This document shows, piece by piece, positions 1 through 10,749 of a stretch of DNA of 64,000 nt. A program made the position numbers and the translations under genes. The notes beneath the pieces were generated by a model, which saw only the letters and a program-made list of their open reading frames with translations, did no database searches and was not told where the DNA came from. This DNA comes from Candidatus Latescibacterota bacterium (GTDB lineage Bacteria; Latescibacterota; UBA2968), in contig OZ240241.1 in assembly GCA_965198115.1 (NCBI GenBank), positions 3,616,001 through 3,680,000 of the forward strand. Reading direction: 5' to 3'. Every line of letters starts with the position of its first letter. Within the stretch, counting starts at the first letter, position 1.

Positions 1-1
1 T

Positions 2-1469
2 GTGAAGAAGGCTGGTCTTTGTTGGCCCCTTTCCGAGGAGCTGGATGAAGACCGGTTTCAGGCGCTGCTCTTTCCGAACACATCCGAAGACTTCCAGCCG
101 ACTCGAACACTGCCGGATATGGATCGGATCCACAAGGAGCTGCGTCGCAAGCACGTGACACTGCGGCTTCTGTGGGAGGAGTATCGCGCCGATTGCCCGG
201 AAGGCTACGGATACACGCAGTTCTGTGAGTATTACAAGCGCTGGAAGTCCAAGCTCGACGTGACGTTGCGACAGCGTCACGTGGCCGGCGAAAAGATGTT
301 CGTGGATTGGGCAGGACAACCCCTCAAGAGAAAAAATCCGCACACCGGGGATGATTGTCCCGCCTTCCTGTTCGTGGCCGTCTTAGGCGCCAGCAGCTAC
401 ACCTACGCCGAAGCCTTCCCGGATCAGCAACTCTCAAACTGGATCGAAGCTCACATACACACCTTCGAGTTCTTCGGAGGTGTCAGCGCCCTGCTGGTGC
501 CCGATAACGTGCGAACCGGGGTGAGCAAGGCGTGTTACTACGAACCGGAAGTCAATTCCACCTAATGCGGATATGGCAGACCACTATGGAACCTGTGTGC
601 TGCCGACATGCACCTACTCACCTCAGGACAAATCCAAGGTGGAATCGGCGGTGCTCCATGCCGAACGCCGCATTCTTGCCCGCTTACGTGATCACACCTT
701 CTTCAGCGTGGCCGAGATCAACCAGGCCATCCGTAAATGTCTGGCGGACCTCAACGCGCGGCCCTTCCAGAAGATGGCGGGCTCTCGAGAGGTGCTTTTC
801 AAAGAGCTCGATCAGCCTGCTCTCAAGCCGATACCTGAGAGGCGGTATGAGCAGGGCGAGTGGCGTCACGCCAAAGTCAACATCGACTACCACGTGCAGG
901 TGGACTGGCATTTCTACAGTGTCCCCTACGCGCTGACGCAGCAGGAGGTAGAGGTCCGGCTCAGCGTTCGCACCGTGGAGATCTTCCACAAAGGCCGTCG
1001 CGTGACCGCACACATCCGCAGTCGGGTCCGTGGCGGCTTCACAACCGATCCCTCCCACCGGCCCAAATCGCACCAGAAACACCTGGACTGGACACCCGGT
1101 CGGCTCATCGACTGGGCCCGCACGATCGGTCCCCTGTGCAGCCAGGCGGTGACCCACCTTCTGGAGAGCAAACCCCATCCCGAGCAGGGGTATCGCGCCT
1201 GCCTGGGGATCATGCGCCTGGCACGCGGATACGGCAGTGAGCGCATGGAAGCTGCCTGCCGTCGTGCCCTGGCCATCGACACCTGCACCTACAAGAGCAT
1301 CAAGTCCATTCTGGACACGAAGATGGATCGGCAGCCTCTACCGGGTGAGAACGAAGCTCTTCCGGCACCTCCCCGACACGACAACATCCGGGGGGAGAGC
1401 TACTACAACGATCCGAGCACTGCTCCCGAGAGCGATCATCTCACCGGACAGCTGCCCCTGAACGAATAG
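2..1469 (+). CDS. istA: IS21 transposase IstA (5' truncated; frameshift near 563)
   Basis: TLRLLWEEY, GEKMFVDWAG, VPDN, PQDKSKVE and YSVPY motifs. ORFs 2..565 and 573..1469 join if one extra A in ACCTAATGCG is removed. Confidence 0.9.
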
Positions 1470-1499
1470 CTACGAACAGATTATCTTGGAGAAGACCCC

Positions 1500-2230
1500 A
1501 TGCTACCCGAACAGACGATGGAAAAGCTCTACGCCATGAAACTCAACGGTGTGGCCGAAGCCTGGGAAGAACAGCGCCAGCAGCCACACAGCACCGACCT
1601 GAACTTCGACGACCGCCTGGCCCTCCTGGTCGAGCAGCAATGGATCTGGAAAGAAAATCGTGCCCTGGCCACCCGCCTCAAATACGCTCGACTCCGACAG
1701 ACCGCCTGCCTTGAAGACGTCGACTTCCGGCATCCACGGGGCCTCAAGCGTGCCACCATCGACCAACTGGCCAGTTGCCAGTGGATCCGCCATCACCGCA
1801 ACTGTCTGATCACGGGGCCCACCGGCGTGGGCAAATCCTACCTGGCCTGTGCCTTGGCTCACAAGGCCTGCAGGGAGGGCTTCCGCGCCTGCTACTACTA
1901 CGTGCCCAAGCTCTTCCGCGAACTCTCCGTGGCGCAGGCCAATGGCAGTCTCACCCGCCTGCTCAGAAAACTGGCACGAGCCGATCTCCTCATTGTCGAC
2001 GACTGGGGCCTCTCACCCCTCCCGATCAGTATCGACTGTTCCTCGAGATCCTTGATGACCGCCAGGGCACCGGTGCCACCCTCATCACCAGTCAATACCC
2101 GGTCAACACCTGGCACGAACTTGCCGGCGATCCCACCGTGGGCGACGCCATCCTCGACCGACTCGTCCACAACGCACACAAGCTCGAACTCAAAGGTGAC
2201 TCGCTCCGAAAGAAGGGAGGCAAAACATGA
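1500..2230 (+). CDS. istB: IS21 helper ATPase IstB (frameshift near 2020)
   Basis: Walker A GPTGVGKS, Walker [10 protein letters not shown]-terminal [17 protein letters not shown] in the second frame. Confidence 0.9.
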
Positions 2231-2487
2231 AAAACATCCCAAAACGAAACGGGGAACACAGGTTAAGACCGCTCAGAGCGCAAAATCACCATGCCCGTCA
2301 CCCCGATATACGAACAGCCAATCCACAGGGGGCTCGTTGCCTCCTCGCCTACATTCTGACAGCAACAGGGCACCTCGATCCCCAACTGCCACCCCTCATA
2401 CACCTACGGAGGCTATCACCCGCCATACTGACAGACTCGGCTAAAAACACCGGGGCAAGACACACCGATTTCCACCTCAAAACTTGA
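2227..2487 (+). CDS. small hypothetical ORF inside IS21 (possible passenger)
   Basis: ATGA overlap with istB stop and GGGAGG RBS; 86 aa, no recognised domain. Confidence 0.3.
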   Translation: MKNIPKRNGEHRLRPLRAQNHHARHPDIRTANPQGARCLLAYILTATGHLDPQLPPLIHLRRLSPAILTDSAKNTGARHTDFHLKT

Positions 2488-3165
2488 CCCAAAGTTGCCA
2501 CTCTCACATCATCACAAACACCAGCGTCGCTTCGCTCCGATCAGTGGCAACTTTGAACCGAAACGGGTGGAAACTTTCACCGAAATCCGCACTCCAACGT
2601 CGAACTCAGTTGTCCCAACCCCAGCGTGTCGATGTATACCGTTCTCTGCCAGTCGTCGCTGTGAAGGTGCTGGTTGTTCTGCGCATCAAGAACGGTGCCG
2701 ATCAGGGCCTTTGCATAGTCGATGAAACCGGAAATCTGAGCTCTTGGCGCTTCGGCGCCATCTCGAAATATCCCGATCTCACTGGCGGAGTCGAGGCGGA
2801 AACCCAGAGTTTGTTTATTGAAAACGTACCTCCGGGGGCCCTCGAACCCCTTGTCCGTGTTCTCATTCGCGTAATAGGGCTGATCCAAACCTACTTCCAC
2901 GCCATCGGCTTCGTCCAGGTACTTCACCCGATCGAAAAGCTTGACGGGAAAATTGTTCAAGACACCGCCGTCAACGTAAACGTCTTCCCGAACATTCCTT
3001 ACAGCGGCAAAGAACAATGGGATCGACATCGAAATCCGAGCCGCATCAACAACTCTCATTCTAGGTGTATGCTCACAGGAAAACACTTCGGCGTACCCGG
3101 TGGACAGGTTCGTTCCCACAAGGTAGAGGTCTCGGCACCCCTGGGATTTCAAGTCGTTAAAAGTG

Positions 3166-4585
3166 GGCTCTATCCGGGTTTCTCAACGGTGAAACTATAG
3201 AATGACAAGGTCATAGATCGTTCCCTACGCTTGGTTGTGTGTGTAGGACAATCAAAGCGAAGGGGGTGCGACCTATGACCGGGAGCAGATTACTATCGAA
3301 ACTGCTGAGATTCAAGGGGTTCCGTGTTGTCAGCTGGTGGTTTGAGGGGAGAAGCTGCTTCGTCATCGCCGTAAAGCCACATAAGAATGGTTGTTGTTGT
3401 CCGGAGTGCGGCCGTCGAGGTAAAATCGTCCGCACAATGCCCCATCCGCGTCGGTGGCGTGACATTCCGGTGTGCGGGTGGAGGGTCTGGCTTCTCTACC
3501 ATCCTCGGGAGATTCGGTGTCCTACCCACGGTCGTGTGGTCGAGGAGATTCCGTGGGCGGAGCGGTTCTCTCGGGTGACGTATCGCTTCGAGTATGCCAT
3601 GCTGCGCTACTGCCAGACCATGACGCAGAAGGCGGCGTCCGAGTTACTGCGCATCTCTGCCTCGACGCTGTCGGATCTCCTTCACCGATCCATCACGCGG
3701 CTTCGTGAAGGTCATCGTATCCGAGGGCTCAAAACCATCGGGATCGACGAGATCTCCTACGCCAAGCGTCACAGGTACGCCACGCTCGTTTACGATCTGG
3801 ACCGCTCCTGCGTGGTGTGGGTTGGCCGCGGCAGGGCGCGTAAAACGATCGATCGGTTCTTCACAGAGGCTCTCAGTCCCTACCAGAGATCCAAGATCGA
3901 GTGGGCCTGCTGCGACATGAGCGAAGCTTACATCGGAGCCATCCAGGAACACTGTCCGAATGCCAAGCTGGTCCTCGATCGCTTTCACATCGTCAAGGCT
4001 CTCAATGCCGCCGTTGACGAGGTCCGTAAGGACCAGTGGCGTAAAGCTGCCCCGGATGAGCGCAAAGCCATGAAGGGCCTCCGATGGCTCCTCTACCGGC
4101 ACTCAGCGACACGCTCCAGAGGGGATACTCGGACACTCAAAGCACTGGAGAAGGCGAACTACCGAATCTATAGAGCCTGGAGACTCAAGGACGAGTTCGA
4201 GCAGTTCTGGGAATACAAAGCGCCCTGGGCTGCCGAACGCTTCCTGAAATGCTGGACGACGTCCGCACTCAGAAGTCGACGTGAACCCCTGCGAAAGTTC
4301 GTCAGGACCCTGCGACAGCACTTCTTCGGCGTCCTCGCATTCGTGAACACGCGTCTTACCAACGCCATCGCCGAAGGCCTCAACCGAATCGTCCAAATCG
4401 TCAAGAACCGAGCCAGCGGATTCCGCACACTCGACGCATTCAACGATATGATCTTCCTTACCGTCGGAGACATAAACATCCCTGAGCAGATTCCGAAGAG
4501 GTTCCGCACACGCTAACCGCGCCCCCATGCCAGGAACCACGGCACCTTCACCCACTTCAGCTCGTTGAGAGATCCGGATATAGCC
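3166..4585 (+). mobile_element. ISL3-family insertion sequence
   Basis: Imperfect 23-bp IRs GGCTCTATCCGGGTTTCTCAACG / GGCTATATCCGGATCTCTCAACG; 8-bp target duplication TAAAAGTG at 3158-3165 and 4586-4593. Confidence 0.95.
3275..4516 (+). CDS. ISL3 transposase
   Basis: CPECG...CPTH zinc finger, IGIDE, CDMS, LDRFHIV and TNAIAEGLN motifs; intact frame. Confidence 0.95.
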   Translation: MTGSRLLSKLLRFKGFRVVSWWFEGRSCFVIAVKPHKNGCCCPECGRRGKIVRTMPHPRRWRDIPVCGWRVWLLYHPREIRCPTHGRVVEEIPWAERFSRVTYRFEYAMLRYCQTMTQKAASELLRISASTLSDLLHRSITRLREGHRIRGLKTIGIDEISYAKRHRYATLVYDLDRSCVVWVGRGRARKTIDRFFTEALSPYQRSKIEWACCDMSEAYIGAIQEHCPNAKLVLDRFHIVKALNAAVDEVRKDQWRKAAPDERKAMKGLRWLLYRHSATRSRGDTRTLKALEKANYRIYRAWRLKDEFEQFWEYKAPWAAERFLKCWTTSALRSRREPLRKFVRTLRQHFFGVLAFVNTRLTNAIAEGLNRIVQIVKNRASGFRTLDAFNDMIFLTVGDINIPEQIPKRFRTR

Positions 4586-5309
4586 TAAAAGTGGCGTGTT
4601 CGTTACCCACCTTTCGTTTGACTAGTTCGCCCATCCAGCTTCTGAAGAAATCGCCTTTATACCAGCCAAAGTCGTTCACTAGACGATCGGTGTCTCTCAC
4701 GACGCCCCAAGAGTCATCCATGAAATTGTTGAAATCAAGAGACCAGAGAACCTTCCGAGTCTCGTCGAGCGAGTAGTGAAGGCTGAGCAGCACAGCGTTG
4801 ATCGCTCCCGCCGATGTGCCGCCAACGCGGCTTATGTTCGCAAGAATGTCTTGGTCGTGTAGGACTTGCAACGCTCCCACGTACGCAATGCCCTTCACAC
4901 CTCCACCTTCGAACACAAGATTCTTGAATCCGCTATCCATAGATGTGACTCCTTGCGAGTCTGCGAAAGAAGTGTACGAGAAAGTCGAATGCCTCTTGAC
5001 GAAAACCGACCACCCATCGCCGTCCTGCTTCTTGTCTGGCAAAGAGAAATAGGCACCTACGAACGCGTTGCGTTCGACAGGTGCCCCCTATCGATGCCTC
5101 GGTGCTGAGCGTCTGCCCAGACTATGTTTTCAACGGCCGTGTAAACCGGCTCTTTGCCCAACCTGGCCTAGATAACGTCCTATTCCATTCTCAACAACCC
5201 CTAATTCGACCCCGTCGGGGTACCTCTCCTGGGGCTTCAGCATGTATAGAGGCCGCAATCACTGACAACCTCCGATCTCACAAGAGTTCGATCAAGGCGG
5301 AGAGTTCCG

Positions 5310-6302
5310 TCACATTTCCCCCGCATAAGCAAACAACGCCGGCGTCCCCCCCGTATGCACGAACACGAGGTTCTGATCTTTCTCCCACTCCCCTTTTTTA
5401 ATGTGATCAATCATCCCCGAAAACGCCTTCCCTGAGTAAACTGGATCCAGCAATAGCCCTTCCTGCTTCGCACACAGATTCACCGCCTCCAACCCCGCCT
5501 CTGTAGTCACACCATACCCCTCCCCCGCATACTCCCCGTGCGACTCGATGTCCTCCGCACTGAACGTCAGATCCAGATCCATCAGCTTGCAAACCTCATT
5601 CGCAACATCTGCCAGCTGAGCATTCTTCTCGTCATTGTCGAGCGGACTCGGACTGACCCCAACGATTCGCACATCCACGCCCAGCGCCTTCGCCCCAACA
5701 ACCAATCCCGTATGCGTGTGAACCCCTGCGCAAACGTAAATCCCATCCGGCGTCACTCCTCGCTCCTGCAGCTGACCCCACAACTCGGTGAACCCGTCCA
5801 CATACGACACGCTGCGCAGGTAATACCCGTCTGAGCTCGTGTTGTAGACCTTATAGCCCTCATCCATCAGCTCAGCGATGGTTTTGTCCCGTTCTTCAGG
5901 AGAATTTGTCAGTCTCACATCCGCTCCAAACAGATGCGTCAACATCAGATTCCCCTGAATCGGCTCCGCGTGATCGTCCTTCCGCCCGACAATGACACAC
6001 CGCTTCCCCAGCTTCGCCGCCACGGCCGCCGTGAACCGTGATTGGTTCGACTGCGACGCCGCCCCGTGCAGCAAGACGTCGTAGTCCTCATCCACAGCCG
6101 GCGCAACCGAGTATTCAAATTCGCGCGCCTTGTTCCCGCCCATCGCCAGCCCTGTCTGGTCCTCGCGCTTCACCCAGACGGATGGCCCCCCAAGCTTCTC
6201 CGACAGCCGGGGCAACGCATCTAAAGGTGTTGGCAAATCGGCAAGATCCAGCCGTGAAAATTTTGCAAGTCTGTCCTTAAGGTCCTGAACCGTGTATGTC
6301 AC
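5310..6302 (-). CDS. D-cysteine desulfhydrase / ACC deaminase family PLP enzyme
   Basis: PTPL, KRED..GGNKAR (PLP lysine), QSNQ, LDPVYSGKA and HTGG motifs. Confidence 0.9.
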   Translation of the reverse strand: MTYTVQDLKDRLAKFSRLDLADLPTPLDALPRLSEKLGGPSVWVKREDQTGLAMGGNKAREFEYSVAPAVDEDYDVLLHGAASQSNQSRFTAAVAAKLGKRCVIVGRKDDHAEPIQGNLMLTHLFGADVRLTNSPEERDKTIAELMDEGYKVYNTSSDGYYLRSVSYVDGFTELWGQLQERGVTPDGIYVCAGVHTHTGLVVGAKALGVDVRIVGVSPSPLDNDEKNAQLADVANEVCKLMDLDLTFSAEDIESHGEYAGEGYGVTTEAGLEAVNLCAKQEGLLLDPVYSGKAFSGMIDHIKKGEWEKDQNLVFVHTGGTPALFAYAGEM

Positions 6303-6532
6303 TCCGTGCCCCCACGATTGATTCTGCCTGCGTACGTGTCATTGTGCGCCGAGAGGTCCACAACGTCCGATTTCGCTGCACACCTATCGACCTGTCCTTC
6401 ACCGTTCTCTTCGTGTCTTCGCGCCTTCGTGTCCCACCCATCTCGCCCAATTTGGTTACTCTCATTACCGCCGGTTCCTCGAATCCACATCCTCCTCTAC
6501 GTCCTCCCCGAATAGGGCCTCGATCCCTTCGT

Positions 6533-8727
6533 CTACTCCCCCTCCGTGTGATCTGTGTGCTCGGTGGTTCCCTTCTCCTCTTTGAACATCCCGTACCCCA
6601 CGTGATCCCCCAACTTCCGATACGACTCGAACTGCGCCTCATCGAAGAACTGATCCGCCGTCGATTCATCGGGGAAGCTCTCGTTCGCGCGCCGATAGGC
6701 AAGCAAATCCTCCGACTCGTCACTCGTCAGCGATGTCTTGACGAACAGCAACACGCCCTCCATCCCATTTGGGTAGTGGATCTTCCCAACAGCGGCGTGG
6801 GATTCGCTCATTCCATCCTCGCCCGGTCGAAGGTCCTCCATATCGATCTCAATCCCCACGCCGAGGCCGATGCGGACTTTTCGCTGCAGGCTCGCGAAGT
6901 CCGTAAAGCCGAACGACGGGTCGGCCGCAGCGTCCGACGCGATGATGAACCGGCAACCCCGCTTGATCAGCCCATACACGCCAGTGTTTTCGTAGTGGCC
7001 TCCATCAGACAGATTCAAAAGGCGATCCGTCTCCTTCGAACTGCCCAACAACTCCTTGATAAAGTAGTAGGGCCACACTTTGAACCAGGATGCGTCGCCC
7101 ACTTTCGGATTCGGCATCCACCGGTTCAGACGGACGTTCAATAGCGCCAGCAGCAACGCGAGAAACCGATTCGTCATCGTGCCCATCTGAGGGCTGGCCG
7201 CTGCACCGGACACCGCCATCACCGTCGCCAGACGCGTCTCTCCATCTTCATAATCGTCGCTTGCACGATAACCGGTTGAATTCGCACCGCAATAGCCTTT
7301 CGCGAACTCGAAAACCTCCGCTCCTCGCCCACGCAGATATCGGCTCCTCGACCCGTGAACGTTCAAAGTCGTGTTGATCAGATGATACGGAGCGCCGTTT
7401 GATTGTCGATGAAGGCCGGAAACCGTCAATGCCTCGTTCGATTCGATCTGATTCCGAACCCGTTTGATGATATACGCCAGACTGAGCCTGTCTCGATAAA
7501 AGTGATGCCCTGAAATCCGATTCGTATTCACCAGACATCCCAAGAAGAACAGGCCGATCGCGGCCGGAAGCTCCCAGGGCATACCCAGAATCACATAGTG
7601 GATTCCGTCCGTGGCCAACCGGTTCATCCAGACCACTCGCAACACCCAGGCGAAGAAAACGGGAAGCAAAATGATCCAACCAAAGCGGAACGCGATACCG
7701 GCAAGTTTCTTGATGGCCTTGTTCTGACTTTGCGCCAGACCCGTGATCAGACCGACAACCGACGCAATTGACAGTCCCGGCAGCCAGGTCTCAAGGTGAT
7801 CGAGAAGATCCTTCAGATTGAGACCGAGAAACAACACCAAACCCGCAAACGCGGTCACCGCAGACACAAGCGACAGCACAGCCATCGCCCCACGCATCAC
7901 GCGCCGTGCGGACATCGAAAGATTCCACAGGGAACCGATTCCGCGAATGGCCACGAGGAGAATCAATGCCCCAATCGAGATCTTGAAGCAAAGACGCTGG
8001 GCCTCTACAACCTGGCCGGGACCTCCAGTGAATCGGTGAATCTCGTGAATCGCCAATCCGACGAGGAGGACGAATGCCAACGTCACTATGTTCGTCAACG
8101 CGATCCCCGACACCTGGACCCCCACCATCCGCCAGATGTCGAGCGAGAACAGACTCGTGTTCGGCGCGAGATATTTTCCGTGCTCCCGGAGCCACTTCAC
8201 CTCTTTCCGCTCATCCGGCTCCTTCTCCCGATCGAAACGAAACGGAAAACCATCGTATTCGACCGACGCTTCTTTGTCGTCCAATAGGGAGCTCAGACAG
8301 GAGCCGATGTACCCGCCACCGGAGACGGTCGACAGGTAATCACAGCACCGCAGGACCCCCTGCCGAGCGAGCCCTTGCAACAAACCCAGGTTGAACGTCG
8401 CAGACCGAATCCCCCCACCGGACAACGCGATGCCCACAGGGCCGGGCCGGCCATCGTCTCGATCTGCTGCTTCAGATTCTTGGATTCGTCCAGGCCCGTG
8501 TCATCACCCGGTAGCACCGTCAACACCGTCGGAGGTGGCTCGTAGGCGTTTGGACCTGCCTCGCCAGCCCCTTCGTGCTCCGCCAGCCCCTGCGAAGCCT
8601 GATTTCGGAGCCTCTCGATAACACCTGCGTCGAGCCCCTCCAGATCGGAACGTCTCTTGGCGACATACTCCAGCTCTGCCAGGTAGACATCCGAGAAGCG
8701 ACGCGTATAGGAATTTCCTTCAGCCAT
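6533..8727 (-). CDS. membrane-embedded patatin/cPLA2-like phospholipase (frameshift near 8440-8500)
   Basis: ALSGGGIRSA, STVSGGG, SGAAASP, LSDGGHYEN and FPDESTADQFFDEAQFESYR motifs with about 7-8 TM segments between the catalytic halves. N-terminus is in ORF 8293..8727. Confidence 0.85.
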
Positions 8728-8760
8728 TCAGATACCCTCGACCGCACGTGAACATCTGAG

Positions 8761-9063
8761 TCAGCCGCTTGACCTTCTAGCGAGGATTCTGTCCGTTAAC
8801 AGTTTCAGGATACCCAGGAGCGTCACACCGCCCGCCCCGGTCGAAACCTTGACAACATCGTCACCATAGCGCTCCCACCACGTGACCGGTTCCTGTTCCG
8901 CGATCACGATCCACACATTCCTGCCCGATGCCATCGGCGATTTCTTGACGACCCAGATATGATCGTCCGGAGGATCCTGCGTGACGACAACGGGATTGAA
9001 CTGAGCGTGGCTAACCGCCGAAAGACTCAATGTACAGAGTATCGCCAGCAGTAGAAATCGCAC
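8761..9063 (-). CDS. small hypothetical protein with signal peptide and C-terminal hydrophobic anchor
   Basis: GGAGGT RBS and GTG start; MRFLLLAILCTLSLSAVSHA signal peptide; GAGGVTLLGILKLL tail. Confidence 0.65.
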   Translation of the reverse strand: MRFLLLAILCTLSLSAVSHAQFNPVVVTQDPPDDHIWVVKKSPMASGRNVWIVIAEQEPVTWWERYGDDVVKVSTGAGGVTLLGILKLLTDRILARRSSG

Positions 9064-9322
9064 GCAGAATCACCTCCCTCGGCATTTCTTGACGGTTCGT
9101 GATGAATGCTGTGCTGAAGATCTCGATGTCGGGTTCTTCGCTTTCCCCTTCCACCTCATAGATAACCTCGATCTCCACCACGACCGGATCCTGTGGGATC
9201 GTTGTTACTCTCTCCTTCTGCTCGGGCGTATACTCGGCTGCGACCGACACCATCGCATAACCTGTCAGACAGATGAGGCCAGCCATAACTGGAAGCCAGA
9301 CGCTCACTCTATGGGATCTCAA
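9011..9322 (-). CDS. small acidic hypothetical protein with signal peptide
   Basis: GAGGAGGT RBS and TTG start; hydrophobic N-terminus. C-terminal overlap with the next gene is uncertain. Confidence 0.55.
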   Translation of the reverse strand: MRSHRVSVWLPVMAGLICLTGYAMVSVAAEYTPEQKERVTTIPQDPVVVEIEVIYEVEGESEEPDIEIFSTAFITNRQEMPREVILRAISTAGDTLYIESFGG

Positions 9323-9353
9323 CGCAGATCACCTCCTCGAGATGTTTAGCACT

Positions 9354-9392
9354 AAACAAAAAACCCAGCCATCGCCAACGCGACTGCTGAGC
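9354..9392 (-). terminator. intrinsic terminator inside a 5' leader (attenuator)
   Basis: Minus-strand stem GCTCAGC-AGTCGC / GCGAT-GGCTGGGT followed by a T-run (TTTTTGTTT), just upstream of the RBS of 9322. Confidence 0.75.
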
Positions 9393-9511
9393 TCTGTGTT
9401 CAACATAGGCCATCACCCTCCCGACGAAGGTCAGCCTTGACCCGGGAAACGGGCGTGCCCCAAAGGCTCGTCTTTCACAATTCGACTATGTAGTCTTGTA
9501 TCACCGCCCGC

Positions 9512-9540
9512 AGGTTAAAGAACACTCCGCCAAACGTCAA
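9512..9540 (-). promoter_or_regulatory. sigma70-type promoter
   Basis: TTGACG-17 nt-TAACCT on the minus strand. Confidence 0.6.
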
Positions 9541-9612
9541 TCCCATTCCCCGCCACACCGGTTTCTGGTTTCTCCCATCAAAGAATGACCTCAGCGCCCT
9601 CAGTGTTCTCAG

Positions 9613-9653
9613 TGCCTGTCCTGAGTAGGCTGCGAAGCAGCTGTACCGAAGGG
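9613..9653. repeat. REP-like element (second copy 20629-20669)
   Basis: TGCCTGTCCTGAGTAG(G/C)CTGCG.AGCAG(C/G).GTA.CGAAGGG; 36 of 41 positions identical between the two copies. Confidence 0.8.
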
Positions 9654-9666
9654 GCTGCCTTGGGGT

Positions 9667-10017
9667 TCAAAGTATCTCCAGCACCAGCTCGGGCGGCCTC
9701 CCGATCCGGGCCTGATTCCCTTTCACCACAATCGGTCGCTCGATTAGGATAGGATGCTCGACCATCGCGCCGATGATTGCTGGGCCGTTAGTCTTCTTCT
9801 CTCCGAGGCCGAACGCCTCATACTCGGCCTCTCCCGTTCGAAGCAGATCGTGAGGATCCATTTCCAGCATCCCCAGCACCCGCGCCAACCCATCCTCATC
9901 CAATGGCGTCTTGAGGTACTCAACAATCCTCGGCTCGATCCCGCGCTCATTCAACAAGGCCAGTGTCGCCCGCGATTTAGAGCACTTCGGGTTGTGATAG
10001 ATGATCACGTCGGACAC
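9667..10017 (-). CDS. arsC: arsenate reductase (glutaredoxin type, ArsC family)
   Basis: YHNPKCSKSR and HPILIERPIVV..ARIGRPPE motifs. Confidence 0.9.
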   Translation of the reverse strand: MSDVIIYHNPKCSKSRATLALLNERGIEPRIVEYLKTPLDEDGLARVLGMLEMDPHDLLRTGEAEYEAFGLGEKKTNGPAIIGAMVEHPILIERPIVVKGNQARIGRPPELVLEIL

Positions 10018-10048
10018 GTATTGACCCTATTCTGTGAGGCGTAGATAG

Positions 10049-10119
10049 GTCACGCTTGAACGGAGTCGAAGAGCGACGTCCTGGCAAATAGGCGAGACTT
10101 CGACTGCGCTCAGTCTGAC
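10049..10119. repeat. REP-like inverted pair (related units at 12837-12905, 13018-13038, 20563-20584)
   Basis: GTCACGCTTGAACGGAGTCGAAG ... CTTCGACTGCGCTCAGTCTGAC; core TGAGCGGAGTCGAAG recurs between genes. Confidence 0.75.
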
Positions 10120-10749
10120 GCGACTCGTTCTATTGCGATTGGCCTACTTCCTCTTCCAAGATGACCCGTAATCGATCAGTCTCACGTTCGTTCTCGCCCG
10201 CCAGATCCCTCGTCTCTCCCGGATCCACCTCGAGGTCGAACAGACGACTCTCCTCCCCCTCCTGCTCCACCAATTTATACCGCCCATCCCACACGAATCG
10301 CCAATCCTTCAATGCCGAAACGGCTATGTTCCTGTGCGTGTCTTTCTCACCCGCCAGCACTGGCCACAATGACTTCGCATCCGCACCTTCGAGCACCTCC
10401 GCTCCCCCAGCCTCGATATACGTCGCCGCAGGTCCTGAATCTCGACCAACGTGTCCGTCACGACACCCGACGCCACACGTGGTCCCGCAATCACCAACGG
10501 CACGCCCGCCGATGGTTGATACGGAACGCTCTTCCCCCACCGATCGTGGTCGCCCAGCATCTCACCGTGATCGCTGCTGTAGACGATCAAAGTGTTGTCC
10601 AACTCACCACGCGCCTCCACCGCCTGGATGAATCGCCCGGCCTGACGATCGATGTTCTCGATCATCGCTCCGTAGTTGCGGCGAATCTCATTGTGATGGT
10701 CCACATTCAGTTCCGCACTGTCGACCGGGGCAGGATACATAACATCAGG

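Larger units (their letters stand above)
1..2591 (+). mobile_element. IS21-family insertion sequence (left end outside window)
   Basis: istA-istB pair. Right end has tandem sub-terminal repeats GTGGCAACTTTGAACCGAAA / GTGGAAACTTTCACCGAAA and ends ...ATCCGCA at 2591 (the CA end typical of IS21). Patatin sequence resumes at 2592. Confidence 0.9.
2592..4940 (-). pseudogene. patatin-like phospholipase (ExoU/VipD-like), split by ISL3 and truncated by IS21
   Basis: GGGVKG, GTSAG and DGG motifs. Halves rejoin in frame (NEHATF|NDLKSQGCRDLY) after removing ISL3 and one TAAAAGTG copy. AAGGAG RBS upstream of ATG at 4940. Confidence 0.88.

Noticed and set aside
5100-5210. Integron attC/attI site or IS end upstream of the patatin (GCCCAAC, GATAAC cores)
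   Set aside because: No matching palindromic arms and no integrase; too weak to call.
2592-8727. Patatins as CBASS CapV effectors
   Set aside because: No CD-NTase or Cap2/Cap3 genes in the window; the motifs fit ExoU/VipD-like and cPLA2-like groups. The left flank is unseen.
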